Assembly: GCA_027021705.1 (NCBI GenBank)
Contig: JALUTT010000047.1
Coordinates: 1-51,799, forward strand
Reading direction: 5' to 3'
DNA: 51,799 bases
From: Anaerolineae bacterium
Lineage (GTDB): Bacteria > Chloroflexota > Anaerolineae > S140-20
Positions 9,652 to 20,009 of the stretch are shown piece after piece (position 1 is the stretch's first letter; each line of letters begins with the position of its first letter). Made by a program: the position numbers and the translations under genes. Under the pieces are notes generated by a model. That model ran no database searches. It saw only the letters and a list, made by a program, of their open reading frames with translations, and had not been told where the DNA came from.

Positions 9652-9685
9652 TTTATAGCAGCCGGGTGTGACAGGGGAGTGACCG
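9652..9685 (-). promoter_or_regulatory. -10 box with upstream 11-bp-period direct repeat (putative wHTH/SARP box)
   Basis: Minus strand CGGTCAC-tccc-CTGTCAC-10 bp-TATAAA; closely resembles 29891-29924. Confidence 0.7.
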
Positions 9686-9724
9686 GACGCGGGATTTTCG
9701 TTGGCGCGAATAACTCCTGAGTCA

Positions 9725-9757
9725 AGACTCCCGAAGCCTGCTGGACTTCGGGAATCT
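9725..9757. repeat. REP-like hairpin between divergent promoters
   Basis: agactcccgaag...cttcgggaatct imperfect inverted repeat. Confidence 0.55.
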
Positions 9758-9813
9758 ACGGCAGTCAACCCAATGCTTCTTCCCGCCAACGGATTTTCCG
9801 GTGCTCCGTGCCG

Positions 9814-9842
9814 TTGCCCTTCTCTCCCAGCGATGCTATAAT
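9814..9842 (+). promoter_or_regulatory. sigma70-type promoter for the type IV TA operon
   Basis: TTGCCC-17 bp-TATAAT with extended TG. Confidence 0.7.
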
Positions 9843-9894
9843 CAGCAATGAGTTGCGATCTCTCGGCCGGCCACGAAAGGGAGACGGTGAGACA

Positions 9895-10200
9895 ATGAAC
9901 GACGTGGACGTTCCCCTGCCCGAATTTCTCCGCCCCCTCTTCTGGGATACCGATTTCGACCGCCTCCGCCTACCAGGCTATGAACAGTACGTCATCGAAC
10001 GGGTGCTGGAGTATGGGAACGATGAGGCGATTCGGTGGTTATGGCACACCATCGGCCCGTCCGCCATCGCCGATGTGGTGCGCCGGAGCAGGGCCATCTC
10101 CCCCAACACGGCCAATTTGTGGGCTTTGGTACTGGACATCCCCCGGGAGGAGATCCGATGTTTCTCCAGGCACTTCCGCACCACGTCCAAGAGCTTCTGA
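9895..10200 (+). CDS. DUF6922-like putative antitoxin
   Basis: LRPLFWDTDFDRL...YVIERVLEYGNDEAIRWL signature; overlaps downstream nucleotidyltransferase. Confidence 0.75.
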   Translation: MNDVDVPLPEFLRPLFWDTDFDRLRLPGYEQYVIERVLEYGNDEAIRWLWHTIGPSAIADVVRRSRAISPNTANLWALVLDIPREEIRCFSRHFRTTSKSF

Positions 10201-10793
10201 GGCGATTGGGCCGATTGCCCGCCATCGCTCCTTTCTACTTGGCCGGAGGCAGCGCGATAGCCCTGCACCTGGGCCATCGCATCTCGGTAGACCTGGATTT
10301 CTTCACCGCCCAAGAGGCGTATGAAGTGGAGCCCCTGCTCCGGGACCTTCGGGAAGCAGGCCACGTAACCATCCGGCAACAGAAGCGAGGGACGTTGAAC
10401 GCCACTTTGGACGACACGCTTCTCAGCTTCTTCGCCTATCCTTACCCTCTCCTGGGCAGCTTTCACGACCTATGGGGGATACGGGTTGCAGGCGTGCTCG
10501 ACCTGGCCCTCATGAAGCTGGCCGCCATCGGCCAACGGGGGCGGAAGCGAGACTTTGTGGACTTATACCAAATTTGCCAAAGTGGGTACACGCTGGATGA
10601 GCTTCTGCGGCGCATGCCAGAGAAATTCCCCAATATCACCTACCCCTCGTACCACCTGCTACGCGCTCTCGCCTACTTTGAGGACGCGGAGTCGGACCCG
10701 ATGCCCAATATGCTCACCCCTCTCGACTGGGCGGAGGTCAAACGATTCTTTGAAGGAGAAACCCGGCGACTTATAGGGGACCTGCTGCGATGA
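10158..10793 (+). CDS. AbiEii/AbiGii-family nucleotidyltransferase toxin
   Basis: FYLAGGSAIALHLGHRISVDLDFF; MKLAAIGQRGRKRDFVDLY; ATG behind GGAGG. Confidence 0.88.
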   Translation: MFLQALPHHVQELLRRLGRLPAIAPFYLAGGSAIALHLGHRISVDLDFFTAQEAYEVEPLLRDLREAGHVTIRQQKRGTLNATLDDTLLSFFAYPYPLLGSFHDLWGIRVAGVLDLALMKLAAIGQRGRKRDFVDLYQICQSGYTLDELLRRMPEKFPNITYPSYHLLRALAYFEDAESDPMPNMLTPLDWAEVKRFFEGETRRLIGDLLR

Positions 10794-10869
10794 GCGTGTA
10801 GGCGAGGGCGACAGGGCACCCGGTTCGTCGGCCGAAGTGCAGCGCCGTCGGAGCGACCCTGTCTCTGCA

Positions 10870-13800
10870 TCAGCACAGCAGCGGCGAGGCGAACTTCCAG
10901 AATTCGTCCGCCACTTCCTCAAAGGTCTTCGCCTCGGCTTCCTGGCGGGCTGCTGCGACGATGTGATCGGGCAACCGGGGGGTGAGCTGGGCCAGCAACT
11001 GTTCTCCCCGTTTCTTGGTCAACTCCTCGCTGGCCGGATGTTGCAGGACGAAGGCGACGAGGGCCAGGGCCTGTTCGGGCTCGTCTTGCTCCAACAGCAG
11101 GTCGGCCATCCCCACCATAACCTCCAGAGCCAGGGGCAGGGCACCGATCTCTCTGGCCCCGTTCAGAGCCCGGCAGAAGTACTCCCTCGCTTCCCGATAC
11201 TCTCCCAGGGCCCGCGCAGCATTGGCCAGGTTGTCGAGGGAGATGGCCACTCCCAGCCGATCCCCCATCTCCCGGCGGATGATCAGGCTCTCGTGGTAGT
11301 ATCGCTTCGCCTCTTGGTACTTTCCCAAGTCGTAGGCCACCAGCCCTAGGTTGCCGAGGGAAAGGACGATGCCCACCCGGTCGTCGAGCCTGCGGAAAAC
11401 CGCGAGGCCCTCTTTGCACAGGTGTTCCGCCCGCTCGTATTCTCCCCGCGCCCGAGCGATGAGGCCCAGATTGGCAAGAGCGCTTGCCGCCCCCGGCAGA
11501 TGCCCGATGTCCTGGAAGATGGTCAAACCTTCCCGGCTGAACCGCCACGCCCGTTCATATTCCCCTCGAATTCGGGCGACAATGCCCAAATTGTTGAGCC
11601 CATAGGCCACGCCCTTCTCGAAGCCCACCTCCCTGTACATCGCCACGCTTTTCCGAAGGTGCTCCTCGGCTTCTTCGTATTCCCCCAGCGTGCCGGCAAT
11701 GACGCCCAGGGCATTCAAGCAGAAAGCGGCGTCCTTTTGAGCGGGATCGCCAAGGGGGCGCAATAGGGAAAGGCTCTCCAGCAGCGCTTCCCTGGCTTGC
11801 GCGTAGGCTCCGAGCCGGAAGAGGAACCATCCTCGCCGTGCCAACACCTTCCCCAGGACGAGCCTCCGCTTGGGGGAGTCCGCCTCTTCCGGGGCTGCTC
11901 GCCATTGATCCGCTGCATCCCCAAAGACCTCGCTGCCCTCTTGGAACCAGCCGCGCCAGTCGTAGAAGGTGAAAAGCCCCTCTGAAAAATCGGTGATCAT
12001 CTCGAGGTGCCCGTGGGCAATGGCCCACCTCCACCCCGCCCTGATGTTGTCTATCTCCTCGCCGACCTCCTCCAAGGCTGCCTTCCGCCCCGGCCCCGAA
12101 AAGGCTTCCTCCTTCCGGCGAAGGAAAGCCGCGTAATAGCGGCAATGCCGGTTCCGCACCGAGGCCATCTCCCCAGGGATTTCCCGGAGCTTCCCCTCCG
12201 TGTATTGGCGCAACAGTTTGTGTAGCTCGTAGCGCCCTGTCTCACGCCTGCGGAGGAGGGATTTGCTCTCCAGCGCCGAGAGCACGGCGGGAGAGGCCCC
12301 AACCACTTGCTCCGCCGCCTCCTGGCGGAAGCCACCCTGGAACACGGAAAGCCCTCTGGACACCCGTTGCTCCTCCTCCGTGAGCAGCCTCCAGGAATGC
12401 TCAAACACCACCCGCAGGCTACGGTGCCGCCGAGGGACGTCCTGCATCGAGGAGGTTAAGATCTCCAGGCCCCGTTCGAGCTCCCGGACGATCCTCGCGC
12501 CGGCGAGCCCCCCGACCCAGGCAGCCGCGATCTCAATCCCCAGGGGCATCCCTTCTACCAGTTGGCAGATGCGTATCACAGCGGTCTTTTCTCTCTCCAG
12601 AGAGAAGCCCGGACGCCTCCGCCGGGCGATGTGGACGAATAACCGCACCGCACTGTAGCGCTCAGGGTGCATCTCCCCTTCGTCCTCGGGCACTTTCAGC
12701 CCTCCCACCCGAAACAACCACTCCTGACGCAGGTTCAGGCTCTGCCGAGAGGTGACCAGGAGTTTCACTCTTGGGGCCGCCTGCAGGATTTCCCCCAGCA
12801 AGCCCGCGCCTCTGACGAGGTGCTCGAAACCGTCCAGCACCAGCAGCAGCTCTTTCCCCCTCAGGTAGTTCAAAAGCTGCTTCTCAGGGGCCTCCCGACC
12901 GTAGAAGGAGAACTCGAGGGCGTCGGCGATGGCCGGCACCAGGAGCGCCGCCGAGGGGACGGCCTCTAAGGGGACAAAACAGGCCCCGTGCAGGAAATGG
13001 TCCTTGTTCCGAGAAGCAGCCTGGAGGGCCAAGCGGGTTTTGCCAATCCCGCCGGGGCCGACCAAGGTCAGCAGGTGACAGTCGGGGTCGGCCAGGAGCC
13101 GACCGAGTTCTGCGAGCTCCTCTTCCCGGCCAACGAAAGGGGTCGGCTGTCGGGGAAGGGGACGAAACCGCGTGAACTCCATCGTGCGGATGCGCTCATA
13201 GAGAGCGGTGGTCTCCGGTGAGGGCATCACCCCCAACTCCTCGGCCAGGATGCGGCGACAGGTTTCGTACTGGGCCAGGGCAGCGGAGCGCTGCCCACTG
13301 CGGGCCAGAAGCAACATCAAGTATCGGTGGGCCTCCTCCCGCCAGGGCTCCAGGGCCAACTGGCGGGTGATGTACTCGATGGCTGCCGGGTACTCCAACC
13401 GGGCTGCATGATGAGCGGCCAGGGCTTGAAACACCTCGTAGGCCTGCCGATGCAGCCGCTCGCGCTGGAGCAACGCCCACTCCTCGAACACGGGAGCGTC
13501 GCGGACTTGGAAGCCCGCCAGGAAATCCCCCCGGTATAGTTCGGCGGCCTGACGCAGGCTCTCCCAGTCCGCCCTCCCAAAGGGGGGCTTCGGCTCGTCC
13601 CGGCCCGTCCACACCCGCTGCCAGGCTGCCCGAAAGGCTTCGACGTCCAGCCAGTAGGGTTGTTCCCGGTTGAAGGCGACCGAGTGTCGCGTGACGATCA
13701 GGTGGGGGCCGATCAGGTGGCGCAGGTTGTGCAGAACCTGACGCAGGTTGGTCAGCGCACTGGCCTCCGGCCAGTCGCCCCACAGCAGGCTCGCCAGGGC

Positions 13801-13941
13801 GGAGCGCAGGTGGGGCTGACCGGTGACGGCCAGGTAGCAAAGCAGGGCCTGAGCCTTGGCGGAGATGAAGCCGGTGATCGGCTCTCCGCGCCGCGCAACC
13901 TGCATTCCCCCCAAAAAGGACAGGGAAAGTTCATCGTCCAT
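10870..13941 (-). CDS. AfsR/SARP-type regulator: wHTH-BTAD + STAND (NB-ARC-like) ATPase + TPR
   Basis: LSFLGG...[10 protein letters not shown]...[19 protein letters not shown] (BTAD); Walker A GPGGIGKT; Walker [12 protein letters not shown]-terminal NNLG TPRs. Confidence 0.92.
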   Translation of the reverse strand: MDDELSLSFLGGMQVARRGEPITGFISAKAQALLCYLAVTGQPHLRSALASLLWGDWPEASALTNLRQVLHNLRHLIGPHLIVTRHSVAFNREQPYWLDVEAFRAAWQRVWTGRDEPKPPFGRADWESLRQAAELYRGDFLAGFQVRDAPVFEEWALLQRERLHRQAYEVFQALAAHHAARLEYPAAIEYITRQLALEPWREEAHRYLMLLLARSGQRSAALAQYETCRRILAEELGVMPSPETTALYERIRTMEFTRFRPLPRQPTPFVGREEELAELGRLLADPDCHLLTLVGPGGIGKTRLALQAASRNKDHFLHGACFVPLEAVPSAALLVPAIADALEFSFYGREAPEKQLLNYLRGKELLLVLDGFEHLVRGAGLLGEILQAAPRVKLLVTSRQSLNLRQEWLFRVGGLKVPEDEGEMHPERYSAVRLFVHIARRRRPGFSLEREKTAVIRICQLVEGMPLGIEIAAAWVGGLAGARIVRELERGLEILTSSMQDVPRRHRSLRVVFEHSWRLLTEEEQRVSRGLSVFQGGFRQEAAEQVVGASPAVLSALESKSLLRRRETGRYELHKLLRQYTEGKLREIPGEMASVRNRHCRYYAAFLRRKEEAFSGPGRKAALEEVGEEIDNIRAGWRWAIAHGHLEMITDFSEGLFTFYDWRGWFQEGSEVFGDAADQWRAAPEEADSPKRRLVLGKVLARRGWFLFRLGAYAQAREALLESLSLLRPLGDPAQKDAAFCLNALGVIAGTLGEYEEAEEHLRKSVAMYREVGFEKGVAYGLNNLGIVARIRGEYERAWRFSREGLTIFQDIGHLPGAASALANLGLIARARGEYERAEHLCKEGLAVFRRLDDRVGIVLSLGNLGLVAYDLGKYQEAKRYYHESLIIRREMGDRLGVAISLDNLANAARALGEYREAREYFCRALNGAREIGALPLALEVMVGMADLLLEQDEPEQALALVAFVLQHPASEELTKKRGEQLLAQLTPRLPDHIVAAARQEAEAKTFEEVADEFWKFASPLLC

Positions 13942-13954
13942 CGGGGACCTCTTG

Positions 13955-13988
13955 CCTTTACGATCTCTTTACGACGAGGTGCTATAGT
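13955..13988 (+). promoter_or_regulatory. Direct-repeat box and extended -10 for the small-gene/surface-protein operon
   Basis: CCTTTAC-gatc-TCTTTAC-10 bp-TATAGT (CTTTACGA x2, 11-bp period); inverted copy TCGTAAGG at 13992-13999. Confidence 0.7.
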
Positions 13989-14009
13989 TGGTCGTAAGGC
14001 CGCAATCCA

Positions 14010-14018
14010 AGTATAGCA
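14010..14018 (-). promoter_or_regulatory. Extended -10 for the divergent AfsR-like gene
   Basis: TGCTATACT on the minus strand about 70 bp upstream of ATG 13941. Confidence 0.55.
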
Positions 14019-14049
14019 CACCCTGTTGGAAGGCCGCAAGGGGGGAAAG

Positions 14050-14280
14050 ATGCACGTACCAGCCCGGCCATCACGCTACCGGGCTTACCTGCTGCGGTGT
14101 TGGGAGGAGAGCGAGCAAGGGACCGGGCGGGGAAAGGTCTGGCGGTTTAGTCTGGAGGATGCCTACACAAGCCAACGGCGGGGCTTCGCTAGCTTGGAAG
14201 AGATGATGGCCTTCCTGCGCAGCCAGTTGGAGGGGGAAGCCGATCCGCCACCCCGGCAGGTGAGCATCGAGGGCATCTGA
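14050..14280 (+). CDS. Small hypothetical protein (76 aa), homolog of 29644-29844
   Basis: RBS AGGGGG; YLLRCWEE...WRFSLEDAYTSQRRGFASLEEMMAFLR; first gene after a promoter. Confidence 0.75.
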   Translation: MHVPARPSRYRAYLLRCWEESEQGTGRGKVWRFSLEDAYTSQRRGFASLEEMMAFLRSQLEGEADPPPRQVSIEGI

Positions 14281-14309
14281 AAAGACAAACTCAGGAAAAG
14301 GAACGAACG

Positions 14310-15008
14310 ATGGAAGCTCAAACCAACAGCACCTCGGAATACTTGGCCGCTACCGCGCTGTGCGACTGTGACAACCCCTGGTTGCGCGGCCTAGCGGCAG
14401 AGATCACCCAGGGGGCGGAGACCCCCACCGAGAAGGCGATGCGCGTTTTCGAGTACGTGCGCGACCACGTCCGCTTCGGCCTGGCCTTCAGCCGCTCCAA
14501 AGCCTCGCAGACCCTGAAGCGGGGCTACGGTGAGTGCGGCACCAAGACCAACGCCCAGGTGGCCCTGCTGCGCGCCATCGGCATCCCGGCCCGCTTCCGC
14601 CGGGTGCGGGCCAAATCGGAGGTGCTCCACGGCCTTATCCTCGAGTTCGTCTACAAGCAGATACCGCCCACCGCTTCCCATTTTTGGGCCGAATGCTATC
14701 TCGATGGCCGCTGGGTCTCCTGCGAGGCCCTGCTCGACCGGCCCCTCTACGAGGGGATGCTGCGGGCCGGACTGCTCACCAAAGCGCAGATCCCGACGAT
14801 TGACTGGGACGGTCACAGCGACCTGGTGCTCCTCGGCCCCTGGATCACTGAGGACCTGGGACATCTGCCCGGCTACGACGAGGCCCTGGCCGCGCTCATC
14901 CGCAACAAGGAGGACATCCCGCCCCTCTGGTTTGAGCGGCTCATTGCGCCCTGGTTCTACCCGCTCAACCTGCGGCCCTCGGATCGGCTGCGTCGGCTGG
15001 CAAGGTAA
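14310..15008 (+). CDS. Transglutaminase-like (papain-fold) protein
   Basis: GYGECGTKT (Cys), LLRAIGIPAR, HFWAECYLDGRWVSCE (His; Glu in place of usual Asp); no signal peptide. Confidence 0.88.
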   Translation: MEAQTNSTSEYLAATALCDCDNPWLRGLAAEITQGAETPTEKAMRVFEYVRDHVRFGLAFSRSKASQTLKRGYGECGTKTNAQVALLRAIGIPARFRRVRAKSEVLHGLILEFVYKQIPPTASHFWAECYLDGRWVSCEALLDRPLYEGMLRAGLLTKAQIPTIDWDGHSDLVLLGPWITEDLGHLPGYDEALAALIRNKEDIPPLWFERLIAPWFYPLNLRPSDRLRRLAR

Positions 15009-15101
15009 AGACGGTGCGATCCAGGTGCGAGGCACCCGGCGCACCCACAGCACCGAAATCCCAATGACAGCACGCGACAGGATGTGTTTCGGAGGTGTGA
15101 T

Positions 15102-18100
15102 ATGAAAACCTCACTCTCTTGTCACCTTTTTCGCCTTTCTCTGGTGATGGCCCTTCTCCTCGGCCTGTTGCCGATGCCGGTGGAAGGATGGGGTTCCCGG
15201 CAGGCCCCCCAGGCCACCATCGTCGTCAACTCCGAGGGGGACCAAGCGGACCCCACGCCGGACGACGGCACCTGCGACATCTTCGACCCGCCCCAGGGCA
15301 TCTGCACCCTGCGGGCAGCCATCCAGACGGCCGACGGGAGCGGGGCGCCTGGCGCAGATACCATCACCTTTGCCGCCAACGTCTCCACCATCAAGCTCAC
15401 CGACGACCTGCCGTGGATCAGAAGCCCCGTCACCATCAACGGCCAGAAGCGGGTGGTGCTGGACGGAAATGACAGAGATAACAACTTCTGCTTCGTGTTT
15501 TCGGGGGTTAGCGGAGGCGCCACGGTCACCGGGATGATCATCAACAACTGCAAGTATGCGATCTGGCTGTTTGGCGGCGGTCCTTACACCATCCAGGGCA
15601 ACTATATCGGCACCGACCGCACCGGAACGGTGGCCAAGCCCAACAAGTACAGCATAGGGGTAGACGATGCGTCCCACGTCCTCATCGGTGGCACCACCGC
15701 CGACGAGCGCAACGTCATCTCCGGCAATATCTACGACGGCATCTCCATAGACTCCGGCAGCTACATCACCATCACCGGCAACTACATCGGCGTTGACGCC
15801 ACCGGCACCAAAGCCCTGGGAAACGGCGACGACGGGGTTGACGTCTCCGGGCTTTTCTCCTGGAAGACGACCACCAACGTCGCCATCGGCGGCAACACGG
15901 CGGGGGCCCGCAACGTCATCGCCGGCAACGGCGACGACGGCATCCTGGTCTCCGGTCAGTATGCGACGAGCATCACCATCCAGGGCAACTACATCGGCAC
16001 CGATAAGGACGGGCTCAAGGACCTCGGCAACGGCGGGGACGGCGTCCACCTGATGAGCGACTCCTCGCAGAACACCGTCGGCGGGGGGAGCATCACCGCC
16101 GGGCAGCCTTGCTCCGGGGCCTGCAACGTCATCTCTGGCAACGAAGGCCACGGGATTTACATCAGCAGCGATAACAACACTGTAGCAGGCAACTTTATCG
16201 GCACCGACGTCAACGGCACGGCGGCCATTCCCAACAGCGACGCGGGCGTATACACATCTTTGGCCTACACCACCACCATCCGCAGCAACCTCATCTCCGG
16301 CAACCACGGCAATGGCATCCGACTCTCCGGTGGCTACAATGTTGTCCGGGGCAACTTTATCGGCACCGACATCAACGGTACGGCCAGGCTGGGCAATGGC
16401 GGGGCCGGGGTATACAACGAGGGCGACTGGAGCGTGATCGGCGGCGACCCCGGCGGCAGCCTCCCGGCCACTTGTGCCGATCCCTGCAACCTCATCTCCG
16501 CCAACAGCAGCGTGGGCATCACGACCACCGCAGGAACCGGAGGGCACACCACCATCATCGGCAACTTTATCGGCGCCGACGTCAGTGGTGAGTTCCCCCT
16601 GGGCAACCAGAGCCACGGCATAGCGGCTTACGAGGAAGAGGATGCGGTGATCTCTCAGAACCTGATCTCGGCCAACGGAGGGCACGGAGTCTATCTTTCC
16701 AGTGGAGAGTACACCTTCGGCTATTCCAACACCCTCCAGGCCAACATCATCGGGATGACCGACGACGAGGACGAAAACGCCACCTATATGGGCAACCAGG
16801 GGTACGGTATCTTTGTGTACCGGAACAAGAACACCTTCATCGGCGGGGAGCAGGACGGACAGGGCAACACCATCGCCCTCAACGTCCGGAGGGGCGTGGC
16901 GATCTCTTCCACTCTATCCACCGGGAACCGCATCCTGCGCAATTCCATCTTCGACAATGCTCAGATGGGCATAGACCTGGGCGAGGACGGCGTGACCCCC
17001 AACGACGCCGGTGATGGCGACATCGGCCCCAACAACCTCCAGAACTACCCCGTCATCACCGACATCCAGGGCACCCAGGTCTCGGGGGTGCTGACCAGCA
17101 CGGCCAACACCACCTTCCGGCTGGAGTTCTTTGCCAATCCCCTTTGTAGCTTCAGCGGGCATGGCCAGGGCAAAATCTTCCTGGGCAGCCTGGACGTGAC
17201 CACCGACGCCCACGGGCGGGCGGACTTCCAGGGCAATCTGACCACCGCGCCTCCCAGCGGCCACGTGGTCGCCGCCACCGCCACCGACCCCGATGGCAAC
17301 ACCTCCGAGTTCTCGGCCTGCTACGGGGGGCTGGTGGTCAACTCCGTTGGGGACAAGGGAGACAAGACTCTCGGCGACGGCCTCTGCGATACCGGCGACA
17401 CCATCTCCAACGGCGATCCCGAGTGCACCCTGCGGGCGGCCATCGAGGAAGCCAACGCCCTCTCCGGCCCCAGCACCATCTCCTTCGACATCCCGGGATA
17501 CGGCACCGATATCCCCACCATCTGGTTGAACAGCCCTCTCCCTCAGGTGAATAACCGGGTCTCCATCAACGGCACCACCCAAAGCGGCGGCCTGGTGCAC
17601 CTGGAGGGTGCCTCGGCCGGGGCCAACGCCAACGGCCTGGAGCTCCGGGGAGGGAAGAGCCGGGTCGGCGGGCTGGTCTTCTGCGGCTTCGATGGGCACG
17701 GCATCCTGCTGGCCGGCGGGGACGGCCACGTCGTCGCCGGCAACCTCATCGGCGTTGACGAGAACAACAACGCCTGCTCCATCGGTGGCAACGGCATCCG
17801 CATAGAGGACACTTCGGATAACAACGTCATCGGTGGAACCACAGAAGTGGAGCGCAATGTCATCGCCAACAGCGCCTTCAGCGGCATCTACGTGATGGCC
17901 GGTTCCAGCGGCAACTCCATCCGGGGCAACTACATCGGCACCGACCTCAGCGGCACGACCGCCCAGGGCAACGCTCTGGCCGGCGTGCACATCGAAGGAG
18001 ACGGGAACTTTGTGGGCGGCCTGGTGGATTCCTGGGGGACGTGTGCCGGAGCCTGTAACCTGATTGCGGGCAACAAGTACGGGGTGCTCCTGAGCGGCAG

Positions 18101-19964
18101 CGGCGCCCTCACCAACACCGTCCAGGGCAACTTCATCGGCACCAACCGCACCGGCACGGCGGCTCTGGGCAACGCAGAGGTGGGGGTCGTCGTCACCGAC
18201 GGCGCTTCCGACAACCTCATCGGCGGGGCGTGGGAGACGATGCGCAACCTCATCTCCGGCAACGGCACCGGAGCGGGAACCACCGCCGCTGCCACCACTC
18301 TCTACGGCGGCGTGGTGGTCAACGGCTCCTCGTCCACCGGCAACACGGTGCAGGGCAACTACATCGGCGTGCGGGCCGACGGTGTGAGTGTGCTCCCCAA
18401 CCAGGGCGACGGCGTCTGGCTCTACCAGGCCGCCAACAACACCGTCGCCGATAACGTCATCTCCGGCAACCAGGACAACGGCGTGGAGGTCGTCGGCTCG
18501 GCAGCGACGGGGAACCGGATTCAGGGCAACCTCATCGGCACCGACAAGGACGGCACCATCGCCGTCGCCAACGGCGGGGCGGGGGTTTTCCTCAACGGGG
18601 CATCCGGGAACCGCGTGGGCGGCACCGAGGCCGGGCAGGGGAACATCATCGCCGGCAACGACGGGAGCGGGGTCAAGATCAGCGGCAGCGGGGCCGACAA
18701 CAACGTTGTCCAGGGCAACACCATCGGTATCCGGGGAGACCTCGCCGGGAGCCTGCCCAACGACGGCGACGGGGTCTTCATCGGCGAGGGAGCCAAGGAC
18801 AACCAGGTCGGCGGCACCGAGGAGGGGGCGGAGAACTTCATCGGCGGCAACGGCTCCGACGGTGTGGAGATCAACGGCACGGACACCACGGGCAACGCGG
18901 TGCAGGGCAACGCCATCGGCACCCTCGGCGACGGCGTCACCCGCATCGGCAACCGGGGCCACGGTGTCCACCTCGCCGCCGGGGCCGGACAGAACACCGT
19001 CGGCGGGGTCATCACCGCCACGGCCAACCTCATCGCCTTCAACGGCGGCGACGGGGTCTACGTGGCTGCCGGCAGCGGCAACACCATCCGTCACAACGCC
19101 GTCTACACCAACGCCGGCCTGGGGATTGACCTGGGCACGGGCGGCGTCACCCCCAACGACGCCGGCGATGCCGACGGTGGGGCCAACGGGTTGCAGAACT
19201 TCCCGCTGCTCACCTCACTGGTCATCAGCAACGGGGTGGCGACCGTCGAAGGCGTGCTCAACAGCACCGCTGCGACGAGCTACACCCTGGAGTTCTTCGC
19301 CAACGCCGCCTGCGATCCCTCGCTGCACGGCGAAGGGCAGCGCTACTTGGGGGCCATCACGGTGACCACCAACACCGGCGGCGATGCCGCTTTCACCTTC
19401 ACCGCCCCGCTGTCCGAGACCGAAAAGGTGGCCGCCACCGCTACCGACCCCAACGGCAACACGTCAGAGTTCTCTCGGTGCGTCCGACGCACGGAGCGAA
19501 GGGTGGTGGACCCGACCGTTGGCGCCAGCGTTGTCCTCACCGATACCCAGGGCAACCGGACGGTCATCGAGATACCCACCGGGGCCGTCACCTATACCCA
19601 GCCCATCACCCTGGCCTACGCGCTGATCGAGGACGCGGTGGGCGCTCCCACGGGCTTCGCCTCCGGCAACCACGCCTTCGAGTTGAGCGCATATCTGGGA
19701 CACACGCCGCTGTTCGGCCTGCGCTTCTCCCCGCCCATCACCGTCACCATCCATTACAGCGATGCGGACGTGGCGGGGATGCAGGAAGACGCGCTGACGC
19801 TGCGCTACTGGGACGGTTCGGCTTGGTCCGACGACGGCATCGGCGTGGTGGAGCGAGACACCGACGCTAACTACGTGGTCTTCACCGTGGCCCACCTGAG
19901 CGACTTTGCGCTGTTCGGGCGGGTCTACGACATCTACCTGCCACTGGTGTTGCGGAACCGGTGA
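15102..19964 (+). CDS. Large secreted CSLREA-type/right-handed beta-helix protein with internal duplication; YLPLV tail
   Basis: Signal peptide; two CTLRAAI motifs; many GNxIGTD repeats; two GIDLG..GVTPNDAGD...GNTSEFS modules; ends DIYLPLVLRNR. Confidence 0.9.
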   Translation: MKTSLSCHLFRLSLVMALLLGLLPMPVEGWGSRQAPQATIVVNSEGDQADPTPDDGTCDIFDPPQGICTLRAAIQTADGSGAPGADTITFAANVSTIKLTDDLPWIRSPVTINGQKRVVLDGNDRDNNFCFVFSGVSGGATVTGMIINNCKYAIWLFGGGPYTIQGNYIGTDRTGTVAKPNKYSIGVDDASHVLIGGTTADERNVISGNIYDGISIDSGSYITITGNYIGVDATGTKALGNGDDGVDVSGLFSWKTTTNVAIGGNTAGARNVIAGNGDDGILVSGQYATSITIQGNYIGTDKDGLKDLGNGGDGVHLMSDSSQNTVGGGSITAGQPCSGACNVISGNEGHGIYISSDNNTVAGNFIGTDVNGTAAIPNSDAGVYTSLAYTTTIRSNLISGNHGNGIRLSGGYNVVRGNFIGTDINGTARLGNGGAGVYNEGDWSVIGGDPGGSLPATCADPCNLISANSSVGITTTAGTGGHTTIIGNFIGADVSGEFPLGNQSHGIAAYEEEDAVISQNLISANGGHGVYLSSGEYTFGYSNTLQANIIGMTDDEDENATYMGNQGYGIFVYRNKNTFIGGEQDGQGNTIALNVRRGVAISSTLSTGNRILRNSIFDNAQMGIDLGEDGVTPNDAGDGDIGPNNLQNYPVITDIQGTQVSGVLTSTANTTFRLEFFANPLCSFSGHGQGKIFLGSLDVTTDAHGRADFQGNLTTAPPSGHVVAATATDPDGNTSEFSACYGGLVVNSVGDKGDKTLGDGLCDTGDTISNGDPECTLRAAIEEANALSGPSTISFDIPGYGTDIPTIWLNSPLPQVNNRVSINGTTQSGGLVHLEGASAGANANGLELRGGKSRVGGLVFCGFDGHGILLAGGDGHVVAGNLIGVDENNNACSIGGNGIRIEDTSDNNVIGGTTEVERNVIANSAFSGIYVMAGSSGNSIRGNYIGTDLSGTTAQGNALAGVHIEGDGNFVGGLVDSWGTCAGACNLIAGNKYGVLLSGSGALTNTVQGNFIGTNRTGTAALGNAEVGVVVTDGASDNLIGGAWETMRNLISGNGTGAGTTAAATTLYGGVVVNGSSSTGNTVQGNYIGVRADGVSVLPNQGDGVWLYQAANNTVADNVISGNQDNGVEVVGSAATGNRIQGNLIGTDKDGTIAVANGGAGVFLNGASGNRVGGTEAGQGNIIAGNDGSGVKISGSGADNNVVQGNTIGIRGDLAGSLPNDGDGVFIGEGAKDNQVGGTEEGAENFIGGNGSDGVEINGTDTTGNAVQGNAIGTLGDGVTRIGNRGHGVHLAAGAGQNTVGGVITATANLIAFNGGDGVYVAAGSGNTIRHNAVYTNAGLGIDLGTGGVTPNDAGDADGGANGLQNFPLLTSLVISNGVATVEGVLNSTAATSYTLEFFANAACDPSLHGEGQRYLGAITVTTNTGGDAAFTFTAPLSETEKVAATATDPNGNTSEFSRCVRRTERRVVDPTVGASVVLTDTQGNRTVIEIPTGAVTYTQPITLAYALIEDAVGAPTGFASGNHAFELSAYLGHTPLFGLRFSPPITVTIHYSDADVAGMQEDALTLRYWDGSAWSDDGIGVVERDTDANYVVFTVAHLSDFALFGRVYDIYLPLVLRNR

Positions 19965-20009
19965 GGTGGCGGTAGGCGCGACGCACTTTGAAACAACTGG
20001 AGGTGAAAG

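Noticed and set aside
10870..13941. Avs-type anti-phage STAND
   Set aside because: N-terminus is a wHTH-BTAD transcription module, not a nuclease, TIR, SIR2 or protease effector.
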